Shown: one piece after another, positions 30,472-39,074 of the stretch | How the letters are laid out: each line of letters opens with the position of its first letter | Position numbering within the stretch: the stretch's first letter is position 1 | NCBI GenBank assembly: GCA_964435195.1 | Contig: CAYSYT010000003.1 | Coordinates: 554 to 64,553 of the forward strand | Direction of reading: 5' to 3' | DNA length: 64,000 nucleotides | DNA from: an uncultured Christensenella sp. | Lineage (GTDB): Bacteria; Bacillota; Clostridia; Christensenellales; Borkfalkiaceae | The notes under the pieces: model-generated | Seen by the model: only the letters and a program-made list of their open reading frames with translations | Databases searched by the model: none | What the model was told of the DNA's origin: nothing | Program-made: the position numbers and the translations under genes

Positions 30472-31701
30472 TTATACTCTTAAAGTATAAATAATTTTTT
30501 TAACTTTTTTCGCGTCGCCGCGCCCTTTTATCGCAACGGTAAAATATTCCGACCGCAAGTTCGGGTAAACTTTGCCCGAACGTGGAATTACGTACGTTTT
30601 TTTAATGCGCTCGGCGGTTATTTCCAACTCTACGGACACTTCGGATTTTACTTCTACCGAATACAAAACCTTATCTCCGTCAAAATTAAAATCCGTTTCT
30701 TTCTTGAAAACCTTCCATTCTCCGAAACCGTTCGATATTTTTTTGAATTCTCTTGTTTTTTTATCGAACGACACACCCGACGCAAAAATTTCAATACCTT
30801 CCGAGTTCAAAAAACTTTCTTCTTTTAAGGCAGTGTCGTAAACGTACAAAAACCGTCCGCCGAAAATTTTCATCGGCAAGGCGTAAACGCCGTTAACGAC
30901 ACACGACCCGCCGTCTATCGTAAAATCGCGCTCTTGCAAATTGCAATCGACGGCGGAAATTTTTTCGTTGAAAAATAGATACAACCGACCGTTTCCGACC
31001 AAATATACGCAATCCCCTGCAACGGCAATACTTCTTCCGTCCGACTTAAATGCAAATTTTAACGTATGTTTAAGCGTGACGTCGGTATCTGAATTACCTA
31101 CCGTAACTTTCAACACGCCGTATTCGGCAAAAACGTATAAGTTACCGCCGACTACGGTAAGTTTAAGCAATTTGCCGTAAGAAGAATTTACTATCAAATA
31201 CGTATCGGTTACGCAATCCGCCGTAGGCGAAGTTCCGCCTTGCCGCGAATTGAAATAAATTTTATTTTCTTTAACGGCAAACGCTCTGCCCTTATAACGA
31301 ACGTACCCGTCGGAACATAACGTACTAAAAACGCAAACGTTTCCCCCTAACAAAGTAACCGTCGAATTTTCTCGGTTAACAATCGCCGTTACCGTTTTCC
31401 CTTTTTTTACCGCCGTAAAAACCTGCGGCGCAACGCCGTACCTTTCAAATGAAATTTTAGAAACGCCGTTTTCTCCGCACTCGTATAAATAACCGTCGTC
31501 GCAAAAAATCAATTTACGCCCGTCGACTTCGTAAACTTCAACGGGATTATAACCGCTCGGAATAAAAACGTTCTCTCCCGAAAACGTTACGCCCTTGCCA
31601 CTTTCCGTTATTCCTTCGCAATAATCCACGTTATTCAAAAGCGAACAGGCTGTTTTTTTCCGATTGGAAGAAACTTCCGCCGCGCTTTTTATAAACCTCA
31701 T
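30472..31701 (-). CDS. hypothetical protein with beta-propeller-like repeats
   Basis: 409-aa ORF with repeated G-x-x-hydrophobic-Y-hydrophobic-F/V blades (GNLYVFAEYG, GRLYLFFN, GRFLYVYD). Its start overlaps the upstream ORF's stop (ATGA). Confidence 0.6.
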   Translation of the reverse strand: MRFIKSAAEVSSNRKKTACSLLNNVDYCEGITESGKGVTFSGENVFIPSGYNPVEVYEVDGRKLIFCDDGYLYECGENGVSKISFERYGVAPQVFTAVKKGKTVTAIVNRENSTVTLLGGNVCVFSTLCSDGYVRYKGRAFAVKENKIYFNSRQGGTSPTADCVTDTYLIVNSSYGKLLKLTVVGGNLYVFAEYGVLKVTVGNSDTDVTLKHTLKFAFKSDGRSIAVAGDCVYLVGNGRLYLFFNEKISAVDCNLQERDFTIDGGSCVVNGVYALPMKIFGGRFLYVYDTALKEESFLNSEGIEIFASGVSFDKKTREFKKISNGFGEWKVFKKETDFNFDGDKVLYSVEVKSEVSVELEITAERIKKTYVIPRSGKVYPNLRSEYFTVAIKGRGDAKKVKKIIYTLRV

Positions 31702-32252
31702 ACAAAACTCCTTTCTTTAATCTTTATATTCTTCGGCGAACAAATTTCCGCTATTCCGTCGGTATATTTTTTATGAAAAATCACGGCGTCGTCAAACGCT
31801 CTCTCCGTCAAACAGTATTCCGCGCACGTACCGTATGCGATAACGCGCGTCGGTACGGAAGTTTCGGAATATCCGACGGTATCGTCCGTTCCGTAATTGC
31901 AAGGCACGTATTCGTATTCTACCGTAACGCAAGGTTCTTTAACCGATAAATATTCGGTATGTTTTTCAAAACGCACATCCTTTCCGTTTAAGCCCGTAAC
32001 ACGGCGTATTTTACGCAAAACCTCCTTAAATTCGGAATAATAAATTCTGCCGTTTTTCGTATTAACGGTTTCGCATATCACCATAGGCACGTACGTACAA
32101 GCAAGTTCGTTAAGCACTACGTTCGCGCAACGGGTCATAACGTTTACCTGATAAAGCGTTTGAGTATCGCCGTCGCCCGTTTGTAAATAATCGACGACGT
32201 TTTCTCTACCTAAAAGAATAGCCGTTAATCTAATAATATTCTTAATCGTCAT
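31698..32252 (-). CDS. hypothetical protein (possibly phage-derived)
   Basis: The start is set at MTIKN (ATG 32252) after an AAGGAG RBS. I recognised no family. Confidence 0.55.
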   Translation of the reverse strand: MTIKNIIRLTAILLGRENVVDYLQTGDGDTQTLYQVNVMTRCANVVLNELACTYVPMVICETVNTKNGRIYYSEFKEVLRKIRRVTGLNGKDVRFEKHTEYLSVKEPCVTVEYEYVPCNYGTDDTVGYSETSVPTRVIAYGTCAEYCLTERAFDDAVIFHKKYTDGIAEICSPKNIKIKERSFV

Positions 32253-32271
32253 AAAACTCTCCTTTTTAAAT

Positions 32272-32306
32272 ATGCCGAGCCAAAAGGCTCGGCATAACTT
32301 TTTTTT
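32272..32306. terminator. 10-bp GC-rich hairpin with A/T runs on both sides
   Basis: Stem atgccgagcc, loop aaaa, stem ggctcggcat. The T-run follows on the plus strand and an A-run precedes on the minus strand. Confidence 0.4.
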
Positions 32307-32442
32307 ACGAAAACACAAAAATTCTAACTATTATTTTATTCCGCTTATCATACCTTGACCGATAGGTCTTGCGCAAATAAGGTCGGCGTATTTTACGAGC
32401 GTTGCCGTATAAACGGGTTTCCCCGCGACTTGTCTTAATATC

Positions 32443-33306
32443 TTACCGTCTTCGCCTTCCAACCAACGGTTCTATCACGTGCGCGTTTTCGTCGAATTCC
32501 GAATAAACCAACCCCGTACTGCTTTTAAACCTGCCGTAGCGCCTGCTTTCTATTTGGTCGGCGGATAAACTTTTAGTAAGATTTTCCGTTTCGACGGCAT
32601 CGAGAAAGGGATTGTCCGCCCATTCCATAAATTCGCACCAAACGTCGGGCGAATTCGAAAGGTTAAGAAAGATTTTTTCGTAAATAAACGTCAAGCCTTT
32701 TAAAGGCGTCATCGTTCCGAAAATATCACCTTTCCTGTCTAAAATTCTCATACGGCACTCGTCGTAGATATCTTCCGGCGGTTCTTCGTCGAACCATACG
32801 AAATCGAGCGAACTCCCCTGAAACTTTTCTCTGCCTTGGTCACAAGACTTAAACCCTATAACCGAAATACCGCCGAAAACGTTTTTAACTCTTATTTGGT
32901 CGATAACGCCTCTTCTCGGGCACTCTTTTTTGCCGGACAGCATAGTTACGTCTTCAATCCATTCGGGATTAAGATAATCCAAAATCTTGTTTTGAGCGAC
33001 GTCCCTTTGAACCTGCGTCGACAACGAAACCACCCACCCGAAAACGTTTGCTTTGTTTTTTCTGTAAGGATGAATTCCCCTCGCCATATAAACCGTTTCG
33101 ACTGCCCCGCATTCCGTTTTACCGCTTCTGTTTCCGCCGAAAACCCACCTGTTCTTTTTGTCGCATTTGTGAAACTCCAACTGCTTCAAATGAATTTTAT
33201 CGCCGACGTTATATTTTAATAAGCGATTATTCTTTTCGCGGCGCGCCTGTTCTTTTTCTATTTCTTTAATTTTCATTATCACTTCACGCATATTTGACAA
33301 ACTCAC
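32443..33306 (-). pseudogene. phage terminase large subunit, N-terminal ATPase domain only (truncated)
   Basis: Walker A GGNRSGKT and Walker B LDFVWFDE. The ORF ends after 287 aa with an unrelated RRRR tail. There is no nuclease domain, and no terS or portal gene is adjacent. Confidence 0.7.
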
Positions 33307-33390
33307 CTTTTTTACGATATTTTTTTCGTGTTCGCACTACGAACGAAAGTGTATAATCTTTTTTACCGTTTAACGGAATTAGGTGCGATT

Positions 33391-34122
33391 ATGAAAAAAT
33401 TTATTATTATAACAATCGTTTTCTTGTTTTTACCTTTTCTAACGCCTTCGGTATACGTCAAAGCCGAAACGGTTTTCGAATACGGAAGAATAATTACCCA
33501 AGACACCCCTTTCTACTCCGATGCCGACGGCGTAAACCTTTTGTTTTATCTGCCGTATACCTATTACGTAAAAATCGCCGAGAAAGGCGAAATATTATCT
33601 CACGTGGAAATGTACGGCGAAAACGGAATACCGTTAATCGACGGCTACGTACCGACCGAAAAATTGTTTTTCGACGGGCTGAAAGTTAAAAATCCGTATC
33701 CTTCGGTAACGCTCGATACTCTCGACACGTCCGTACTTTACCGCGATAGGAACTTTTCTTCTCCCGTTTGCTATATTTTTTCGCAAAGAACCCTTAATTA
33801 CGTAGGCCGCATTACCGACGCAAACGGCAATTTTTACTATTACGTATCTTACAATAACCGCCTCGGTTACGTTAGCGAAGACGCGGTTGCTCCGTTTACT
33901 TTGCCCGACCACCCCAACGAACTCACCTTTATTCCGTCGCAAGAACCCGAACAACCGGACGAAACGGCTTCCGATACGACTGCCGACGATTTTTTCAGTC
34001 TTAAAGTTTCGATAGTCGTTTGCCTTGCGTTTGCGGGATTGACAGCCCTGTTCATCGTCCTCAAAAAGAAAGATAAACGTTCGGTTGCGATAAGTTATTA
34101 CGACGAAAACGATTACGAATAA
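33391..34122 (+). CDS. secreted SH3b-like repeat protein with a C-terminal membrane anchor
   Basis: Signal peptide MKKFIIITIVFLFLPFL...VKAE, two SH3b-like segments, a P/E/D linker, and a TM helix followed by KKKDKR. The start is set at ATG 33391. Confidence 0.6.
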   Translation: MKKFIIITIVFLFLPFLTPSVYVKAETVFEYGRIITQDTPFYSDADGVNLLFYLPYTYYVKIAEKGEILSHVEMYGENGIPLIDGYVPTEKLFFDGLKVKNPYPSVTLDTLDTSVLYRDRNFSSPVCYIFSQRTLNYVGRITDANGNFYYYVSYNNRLGYVSEDAVAPFTLPDHPNELTFIPSQEPEQPDETASDTTADDFFSLKVSIVVCLAFAGLTALFIVLKKKDKRSVAISYYDENDYE

Positions 34123-34626
34123 TTAAACGGCTGCTTTAATTTTTTTAACTTTCGGTTTACTCTTTTCTACGTACGCTCTCCCGTTTTTTCTGCATAGAAT
34201 TTCGTATTCTTTTACCCTGCGCAGCAACTCCGCGAAAAATTCCATTCGTAAAAATTCTTTTTCGAATCTTTGGTCGTTTATTCCGAATTTTTCCAACCTG
34301 TCGGCACATTTTTCGGCAATCTTGATTTGCCTTCTAAAATACGCCCTGCGCGAAGTATCTATTAAACGGTACTCGTCTTTCGGTTTAGACTTAACGTATT
34401 TGTAATCCAAACATTCCGCGTCGTACGGGTCAAGTCTTTCCAAAATTTTATCGACTGCGTTTTTGGTTTCTATAAGCAAGTCTTTTTGAGCGGTAAACTC
34501 CACTATCTTCGCACATTGAAAATATGCATAAGAGGTATCCGTCATAGAAGATAATGCTTTTTTCTCGACCAGTTCTCTATCTGCCCGATAACGGCGTCTA
34601 AACTCGAATAAGAATATAAAATACAT
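34123..34626 (-). CDS. hypothetical protein, possible ArpU/RinA-like phage late-gene regulator
   Basis: 167-aa ORF. The segment LIDTSRRAYFRRQIKIAEKCADRL resembles the sigma region-4 / ArpU-type HTH. This family call is weak. Confidence 0.35.
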   Translation of the reverse strand: MYFIFLFEFRRRYRADRELVEKKALSSMTDTSYAYFQCAKIVEFTAQKDLLIETKNAVDKILERLDPYDAECLDYKYVKSKPKDEYRLIDTSRRAYFRRQIKIAEKCADRLEKFGINDQRFEKEFLRMEFFAELLRRVKEYEILCRKNGRAYVEKSKPKVKKIKAAV

Positions 34627-34700
34627 TTTGCATATAAAACATTCATAAACTTTCTCCCGATAAATTATTTAATACGTTCGTTTCGCCTGCAAGCGCCCAT

Positions 34701-34730
34701 ATTATATGCGTCGAAAATTCGCGAAGTCAA
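34701..34730 (-). promoter_or_regulatory. candidate promoter reading toward the 34626 gene
   Basis: The minus strand reads TTGACT, an 18-nt spacer, then TATAAT. Confidence 0.45.
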
Positions 34731-34790
34731 TACTATATGACCGTAAATACAACTAAAAAAATTTATACTTTTTTTATTGTCGGTCGACCA

Positions 34791-34818
34791 TTGACTTTTA
34801 ATTTTTTAGTTGTAAAAT
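34791..34818 (+). promoter_or_regulatory. candidate promoter reading rightward
   Basis: TTGACT, a 16-nt spacer, then TAAAAT. Confidence 0.45.
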
Positions 34819-34828
34819 ATCAAATTTC

Positions 34829-34842
34829 CGAACATATGTTCG
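34829..34842. promoter_or_regulatory. LexA (SOS / Cheo) box
   Basis: Perfect 14-bp palindrome CGAACATATGTTCG, matching the idealised Gram-positive LexA consensus CGAAC-N4-GTTCG. It starts 10 nt downstream of the -10 hexamer. Confidence 0.7.
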
Positions 34843-34987
34843 TTTTTAAGATATCGCACAAAGTTGACAATATATGTCATATTTGAAAAAATAAAAGTAA
34901 AAAAAGAAAGTGCGTTAAGCACTTCTGTTTAAAATATTTTAAAAAAAGATTATTTTATTATATACAAAAATCTTTTTATATGATAAA

Positions 34988-37558
34988 ATGAACGGTATGA
35001 AAAGTTTTAAAATAAAAAAGCAATCTTTTATATTAACATTCGTGTTTTTTCTCGTTTTATCCGTAATTGCCTTCGGTTTTTCCGTAAAAACCGCAAATGC
35101 GGAAGTATCGGTTGCCTTAAATCTTTATCAACCGAATACCGTTATGGAATATAAGGAACTTTCCTCTCCCGACGATGCTTGTTACAGAAACGGAAAAATA
35201 GCCGTTATCGACAACAATAAACTTTTAGTCTATAAAAACGGAGCATATTCCGAACAACAATTTACCTCGTTAAAGCAGGTAAAGTTTTTCGACGACGATT
35301 ATCTTATCGTTTCGGATAATCAAGGTACGCCTAAATATTATAAAATCGCAATCGACGATTTAACTCAAAAAGAAGACCTTAACATCGGCGGCAACGATTT
35401 CGACCTTAACGGCGATTATCTGGTTTCGTCGTATGGTACGAGTATTTGGCTTTACGAACGCTCAAGCCTAACGTCGGGTCAAGATTACGGTAATAAAATT
35501 GACACAAACACACCCGTTTGCATAAACGGAGACGGTAAAATTTTCTTCGTTAGTGGCGGCAAACTTTTGTATTCTACCGTTAACGATATGTCTACAGAAA
35601 TTCACGTATCCGATAAAAGTCCGTCTTGTATTTTAGCCGATGCAGACTACGTATACTATTCGGTCGAGAATAAAATCTATAAAAAATCGCTAAACGGCAA
35701 TAACGAAACCGAACTTGAAATCAATACGACCGTATACGATAAAAGCAAAAATCCGTACACCAAATACGATTTAGGCAAACTTTTCTCCGTTACGGCAATG
35801 TCTTTTAAAAGCGGCAATTTACTCGTAACCGATAAAAGGTTAAACGCCGTTCAAGAATTTGAAATCGACCACGAAAAAAATCAACTGATTTTTACGGGTT
35901 TTGCGGTAGCAAAAGGCAAAACCGCGTTTAACAGAATAGGTTCATCGAACAAAGCGATAGACAGAAAAGGAAACACCGTTGCCGTATTAGACGATAAAAA
36001 ATTAACTATTATTACCGATACCGAAAACGGTAAAGAATACCGCAACGTTATTGCGTCTAAAACGGGCATTGCGCCACGCTATATCGCGCTCGGCGACGCC
36101 ACCTTTTTGCTGGCGGAAAATTCCAACTGTTTCAAAATTTTCGATTTAAAAACTCAAACGGTAAAAATAAGCGGAAATTTCGGAGCGGACATAACCGACG
36201 TATATTTTAACGACGGTAAATATTACTTTTTAATCAAATCGGGCAGCAACACGTCGGTATATTCTCTGAATGAAAATTCCGACGACGCCACTCCCAAAGA
36301 AATTATCAACCCGGGTCCCACCACGAATACGGGAGACCCCGTATTTACCGTAGATACCGACGGAAACGTTTATATAACCGACGATTTTAACGATAAGGTT
36401 AAAAAATATTCTCTTAAAGAAAACGGTTCTTACGACGCTTCCACTACGGAAATAAATTTTTCCGTTTCGAATTTCGTCGTAGGGATAAAAGAACTTTACG
36501 TTGACCTTGCAGGTAACCTGTTTGCGCTTAAAGAAGGTAATATATACTACCGTGCCACAGACGGCTCTATCGAAATTTATACGCCTGACGTAACTACGGA
36601 AAACAAAGTTACCTCTATGTCTATGAGCTTCGATAAAGACCAAGTATACTTTATCTGCCAAAACGAGGAAACGATACTGTCTACTACTTCCCTACCCAAC
36701 CTGACGCTTGCCGATATAGAAAAAACTTCCGACTATAAAACCAAAGGCGAAAGCGCGCGAGTAGAAAATCTTAAAATATTTACGACGAATATAAACGCAC
36801 CCGTTTATTCGGTTACCGCAACCGATAACGGCTTCGATTTTATCGAACTTATAGACGGCGAAAATAAAGAATTCGCCATAATTTACGACTACACCATTCA
36901 AGGTCAAACTTTTTCCGTACTCGTCGGCGAAAACAACGGTAAAACCGTAGAAGTTATAGTAAATAAAAACAATCTTACCGAAAAGCAAAACGTTCTGTCT
37001 TCGTCAAAATTCAGCGAAGTTTTCATCGCGACGGACGTAAATATGTATTACTTGCCGATAATAACGCTAAACGACGATTACTGTCTTATCAAAAACGGCG
37101 CGCCGTTAAGACTTTCCAAAAAAACACGCGTATCGGTAGAAAAAACTTTTAATTTCTTAAACGTCGATTATTATTACGCAAGCGCGGATATAGACGGAGA
37201 AATTTATACGGGGTATATTCCCGTAAATTTCACCGTGGAAATGCTTTCGCAAGACGCTTTAAAAGAAAAATTCACCTTTGAAAAATTAAAAGCAACGCAC
37301 GTTTTTTCGGACGAAGCGTTAACTACGGCAATTTGCGAAATAACCGAAACCGCCACCGTAAAATATTACGGAACGGAGAACGGCGTCGCGCTTATCAAGT
37401 ATGAAAAATCCGACGGTACGGTCGTTATAGGCTACGTTTCCGCCGATAAACTTTTCACGCCGCCGAATACGGTAATAAGAAACGTTTTGATAACGCTGCT
37501 CGTTACCTTGTCGGTCGCAACGACTTCCGTATACTTTATATTGAGAAAGAAAAATTAA
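34988..37558 (+). CDS. large secreted beta-propeller-like protein with SH3b-like domains and a C-terminal TM anchor
   Basis: 856 aa. Signal peptide ending ANA-E, NHL/YVTN-like blades (DGNVYITD, GNLFALKEGNIYY), C-terminal SH3b-like repeats, and a TM helix followed by RKKN. Confidence 0.6.
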   Translation: MNGMKSFKIKKQSFILTFVFFLVLSVIAFGFSVKTANAEVSVALNLYQPNTVMEYKELSSPDDACYRNGKIAVIDNNKLLVYKNGAYSEQQFTSLKQVKFFDDDYLIVSDNQGTPKYYKIAIDDLTQKEDLNIGGNDFDLNGDYLVSSYGTSIWLYERSSLTSGQDYGNKIDTNTPVCINGDGKIFFVSGGKLLYSTVNDMSTEIHVSDKSPSCILADADYVYYSVENKIYKKSLNGNNETELEINTTVYDKSKNPYTKYDLGKLFSVTAMSFKSGNLLVTDKRLNAVQEFEIDHEKNQLIFTGFAVAKGKTAFNRIGSSNKAIDRKGNTVAVLDDKKLTIITDTENGKEYRNVIASKTGIAPRYIALGDATFLLAENSNCFKIFDLKTQTVKISGNFGADITDVYFNDGKYYFLIKSGSNTSVYSLNENSDDATPKEIINPGPTTNTGDPVFTVDTDGNVYITDDFNDKVKKYSLKENGSYDASTTEINFSVSNFVVGIKELYVDLAGNLFALKEGNIYYRATDGSIEIYTPDVTTENKVTSMSMSFDKDQVYFICQNEETILSTTSLPNLTLADIEKTSDYKTKGESARVENLKIFTTNINAPVYSVTATDNGFDFIELIDGENKEFAIIYDYTIQGQTFSVLVGENNGKTVEVIVNKNNLTEKQNVLSSSKFSEVFIATDVNMYYLPIITLNDDYCLIKNGAPLRLSKKTRVSVEKTFNFLNVDYYYASADIDGEIYTGYIPVNFTVEMLSQDALKEKFTFEKLKATHVFSDEALTTAICEITETATVKYYGTENGVALIKYEKSDGTVVIGYVSADKLFTPPNTVIRNVLITLLVTLSVATTSVYFILRKKN

Positions 37559-37581
37559 ATTTTATAGCGTAGGTATTTATT

Positions 37582-37875
37582 ATGTCGGTTATGAGAGATA
37601 AAAAAGGCGATAACCTTATGGTCGATTGCGATTGCGGTTGCGACGAGGGTTTAAGAATACAAGTCACCCGTTTCGAAGATAAATATTGTATATTGACGTA
37701 TACGAGCGGTACTTTTTATAAAGACCAAAATCGCACGGTATGGAACGTAATAGCCACTAAATTTAAAAAAATTTGGCGGATTCTAAGAAATAAAGATTAT
37801 TGTTATTCGGAAATAATTATGGACAAAAACGATTTTAAGGAATTTACCGAATATCTTTCCGAATACAATTCGTAA
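37582..37875 (+). CDS. hypothetical small protein with a CDCGCDEG cysteine cluster
   Basis: 97-aa ORF 23 nt downstream of the 856-aa gene. Confidence 0.5.
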   Translation: MSVMRDKKGDNLMVDCDCGCDEGLRIQVTRFEDKYCILTYTSGTFYKDQNRTVWNVIATKFKKIWRILRNKDYCYSEIIMDKNDFKEFTEYLSEYNS

Positions 37876-37945
37876 TTAGAAAATATCTTTTTTCGGTTAT
37901 GTAAAATTCCCTAACGGATTTTACATTTAAATAATATTTACAATT

Positions 37946-37995
37946 AAAAAACGGTATACGAAAGTTTGCAATTACGCTTTTGTATACCGCTTTTT
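37946..37995. terminator. bidirectional intrinsic terminator
   Basis: 13-bp stem cggtatacgaaag/cttttgtataccg (one G-U pair), an A-run before it and a T-run after it. Confidence 0.6.
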
Positions 37996-38010
37996 ATATT
38001 AGTTTTTTTA

Positions 38011-38700
38011 TTATTCCGACACACCGTTTTCCACTACGGAATATTCCTCGTTTAGAATTTTTACCGTCAAATTCTTTTTACATTTCTTATTTAACGTAGA
38101 TATTACGATAAACCCTACTAAAACTAAAACGATAAAAATTGCCCATATACTGAAACCACAGATATTTGCAAAGCTACTCAATATATCATAATCATTACCC
38201 AAAAGTCCCTTCAAAATAAAACCAAAAACAATACTCATTATTGCCAAAGAAATACTACTGTATATAGTTTGATTTCTCATTAACTTTTTAGTTTCCTTTT
38301 CTCCGCCGCTTTTTTTAATCGCAGTATAATTTAACATAGAATATTCTTCTATATTATTTAAATTTCCGATATCAACAATTAAACTTTTAATACAGGTACA
38401 TATATAAACTAATGAATATACAACCGTAGCAAAGGGAAGGATACCAAAATCAAAAAGCAAGACACTATATCCTCCATCGCCAGCAATTATCGTTTTAGAA
38501 ATATTTAACACCTCATCAAAAAATGAAAAATTAACCTTTTCCATTAAACCATTTTCTAACGAAACGATTACCATTCTCTGACATATAGGTAAAAATACAA
38601 GCATTAAGATAAATATAATAGACAATGCGTCTAATATCAATTTATAAATACTAATTTTACCAAAATCCGACCTATACTTTAAATATTCTTTCTCTGCCAT
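38011..38700 (-). CDS. hypothetical multi-pass membrane protein (AT-rich, compositionally foreign)
   Basis: 229 aa with about 5 TM helices. It has very few CpG dinucleotides compared with its neighbours and is divergent from the XRE gene. Confidence 0.6.
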   Translation of the reverse strand: MAEKEYLKYRSDFGKISIYKLILDALSIIFILMLVFLPICQRMVIVSLENGLMEKVNFSFFDEVLNISKTIIAGDGGYSVLLFDFGILPFATVVYSLVYICTCIKSLIVDIGNLNNIEEYSMLNYTAIKKSGGEKETKKLMRNQTIYSSISLAIMSIVFGFILKGLLGNDYDILSSFANICGFSIWAIFIVLVLVGFIVISTLNKKCKKNLTVKILNEEYSVVENGVSE

Positions 38701-38777
38701 AACTTCTCCTTTGTTTATTATTGGATTTGCATACAGTATATCAGGTCTTTTGTCCTAAAAAATAATATAATTTTTAT

Positions 38778-38978
38778 ATGCCTCTTATAGAAATTATAAA
38801 ACAAATTATGATTGACAATCATCTATCGCAACAGGGGTTGGCAGATATTTTAGGCGTAAACCAAACTACCGTAAGTCAATGGCTTCTCGGCAGAAAAAAA
38901 CCCGGTTACGATAGTATACTTGCCATTTACGAGAAGTTCGGCGTTGAACCCAACCTTCTTTTCGGAATTGATAAATAA
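38778..38978 (+). CDS. XRE-family (Cro/CI-type) helix-turn-helix transcriptional regulator
   Basis: 66 aa; the HTH_3 pattern LSQQGLADILGVNQTTVSQWLLGRKKP. Confidence 0.85.
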   Translation: MPLIEIIKQIMIDNHLSQQGLADILGVNQTTVSQWLLGRKKPGYDSILAIYEKFGVEPNLLFGIDK

Positions 38979-39006
38979 ACTTTTTTGAACGAAAAAATCT
39001 TCAACT

Positions 39007-39045
39007 AAAAAAAGCAACCGTGTTTAAAAACACGGTTGCTTTTTA
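39007..39045. terminator. bidirectional intrinsic terminator
   Basis: 12-bp stem gcaaccgtgttt/aaacacggttgc flanked by an A-run and a T-run. Confidence 0.7.
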
Positions 39046-39074
39046 CATCCGTTTTAACGCCTTTCAATCACCGC

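Noticed and set aside
32272-32306. A plus-strand-oriented intrinsic terminator with no plus-strand gene upstream, considered as evidence for a hidden plus-strand gene or sRNA.
   Set aside because: No plus-strand promoter or ORF precedes it. It is more simply a bidirectional hairpin, or a relic separating the terminase fragment from the downstream three-gene operon.
33330-33344. The inverted repeat GTTCGcactaCGAAC upstream of the 33391 gene, considered as a second LexA box.
   Set aside because: The half-sites are in the wrong order (GTTCG...CGAAC instead of CGAAC-N4-GTTCG) and the spacer is 5 nt. It does not fit the LexA operator.
34864-34869. A second TTGACA hexamer in the 34.6-35.0 kb intergenic region, considered as an additional promoter.
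   Set aside because: There is no acceptable -10 hexamer 16-18 nt downstream; the sequence there is AAAAAA.
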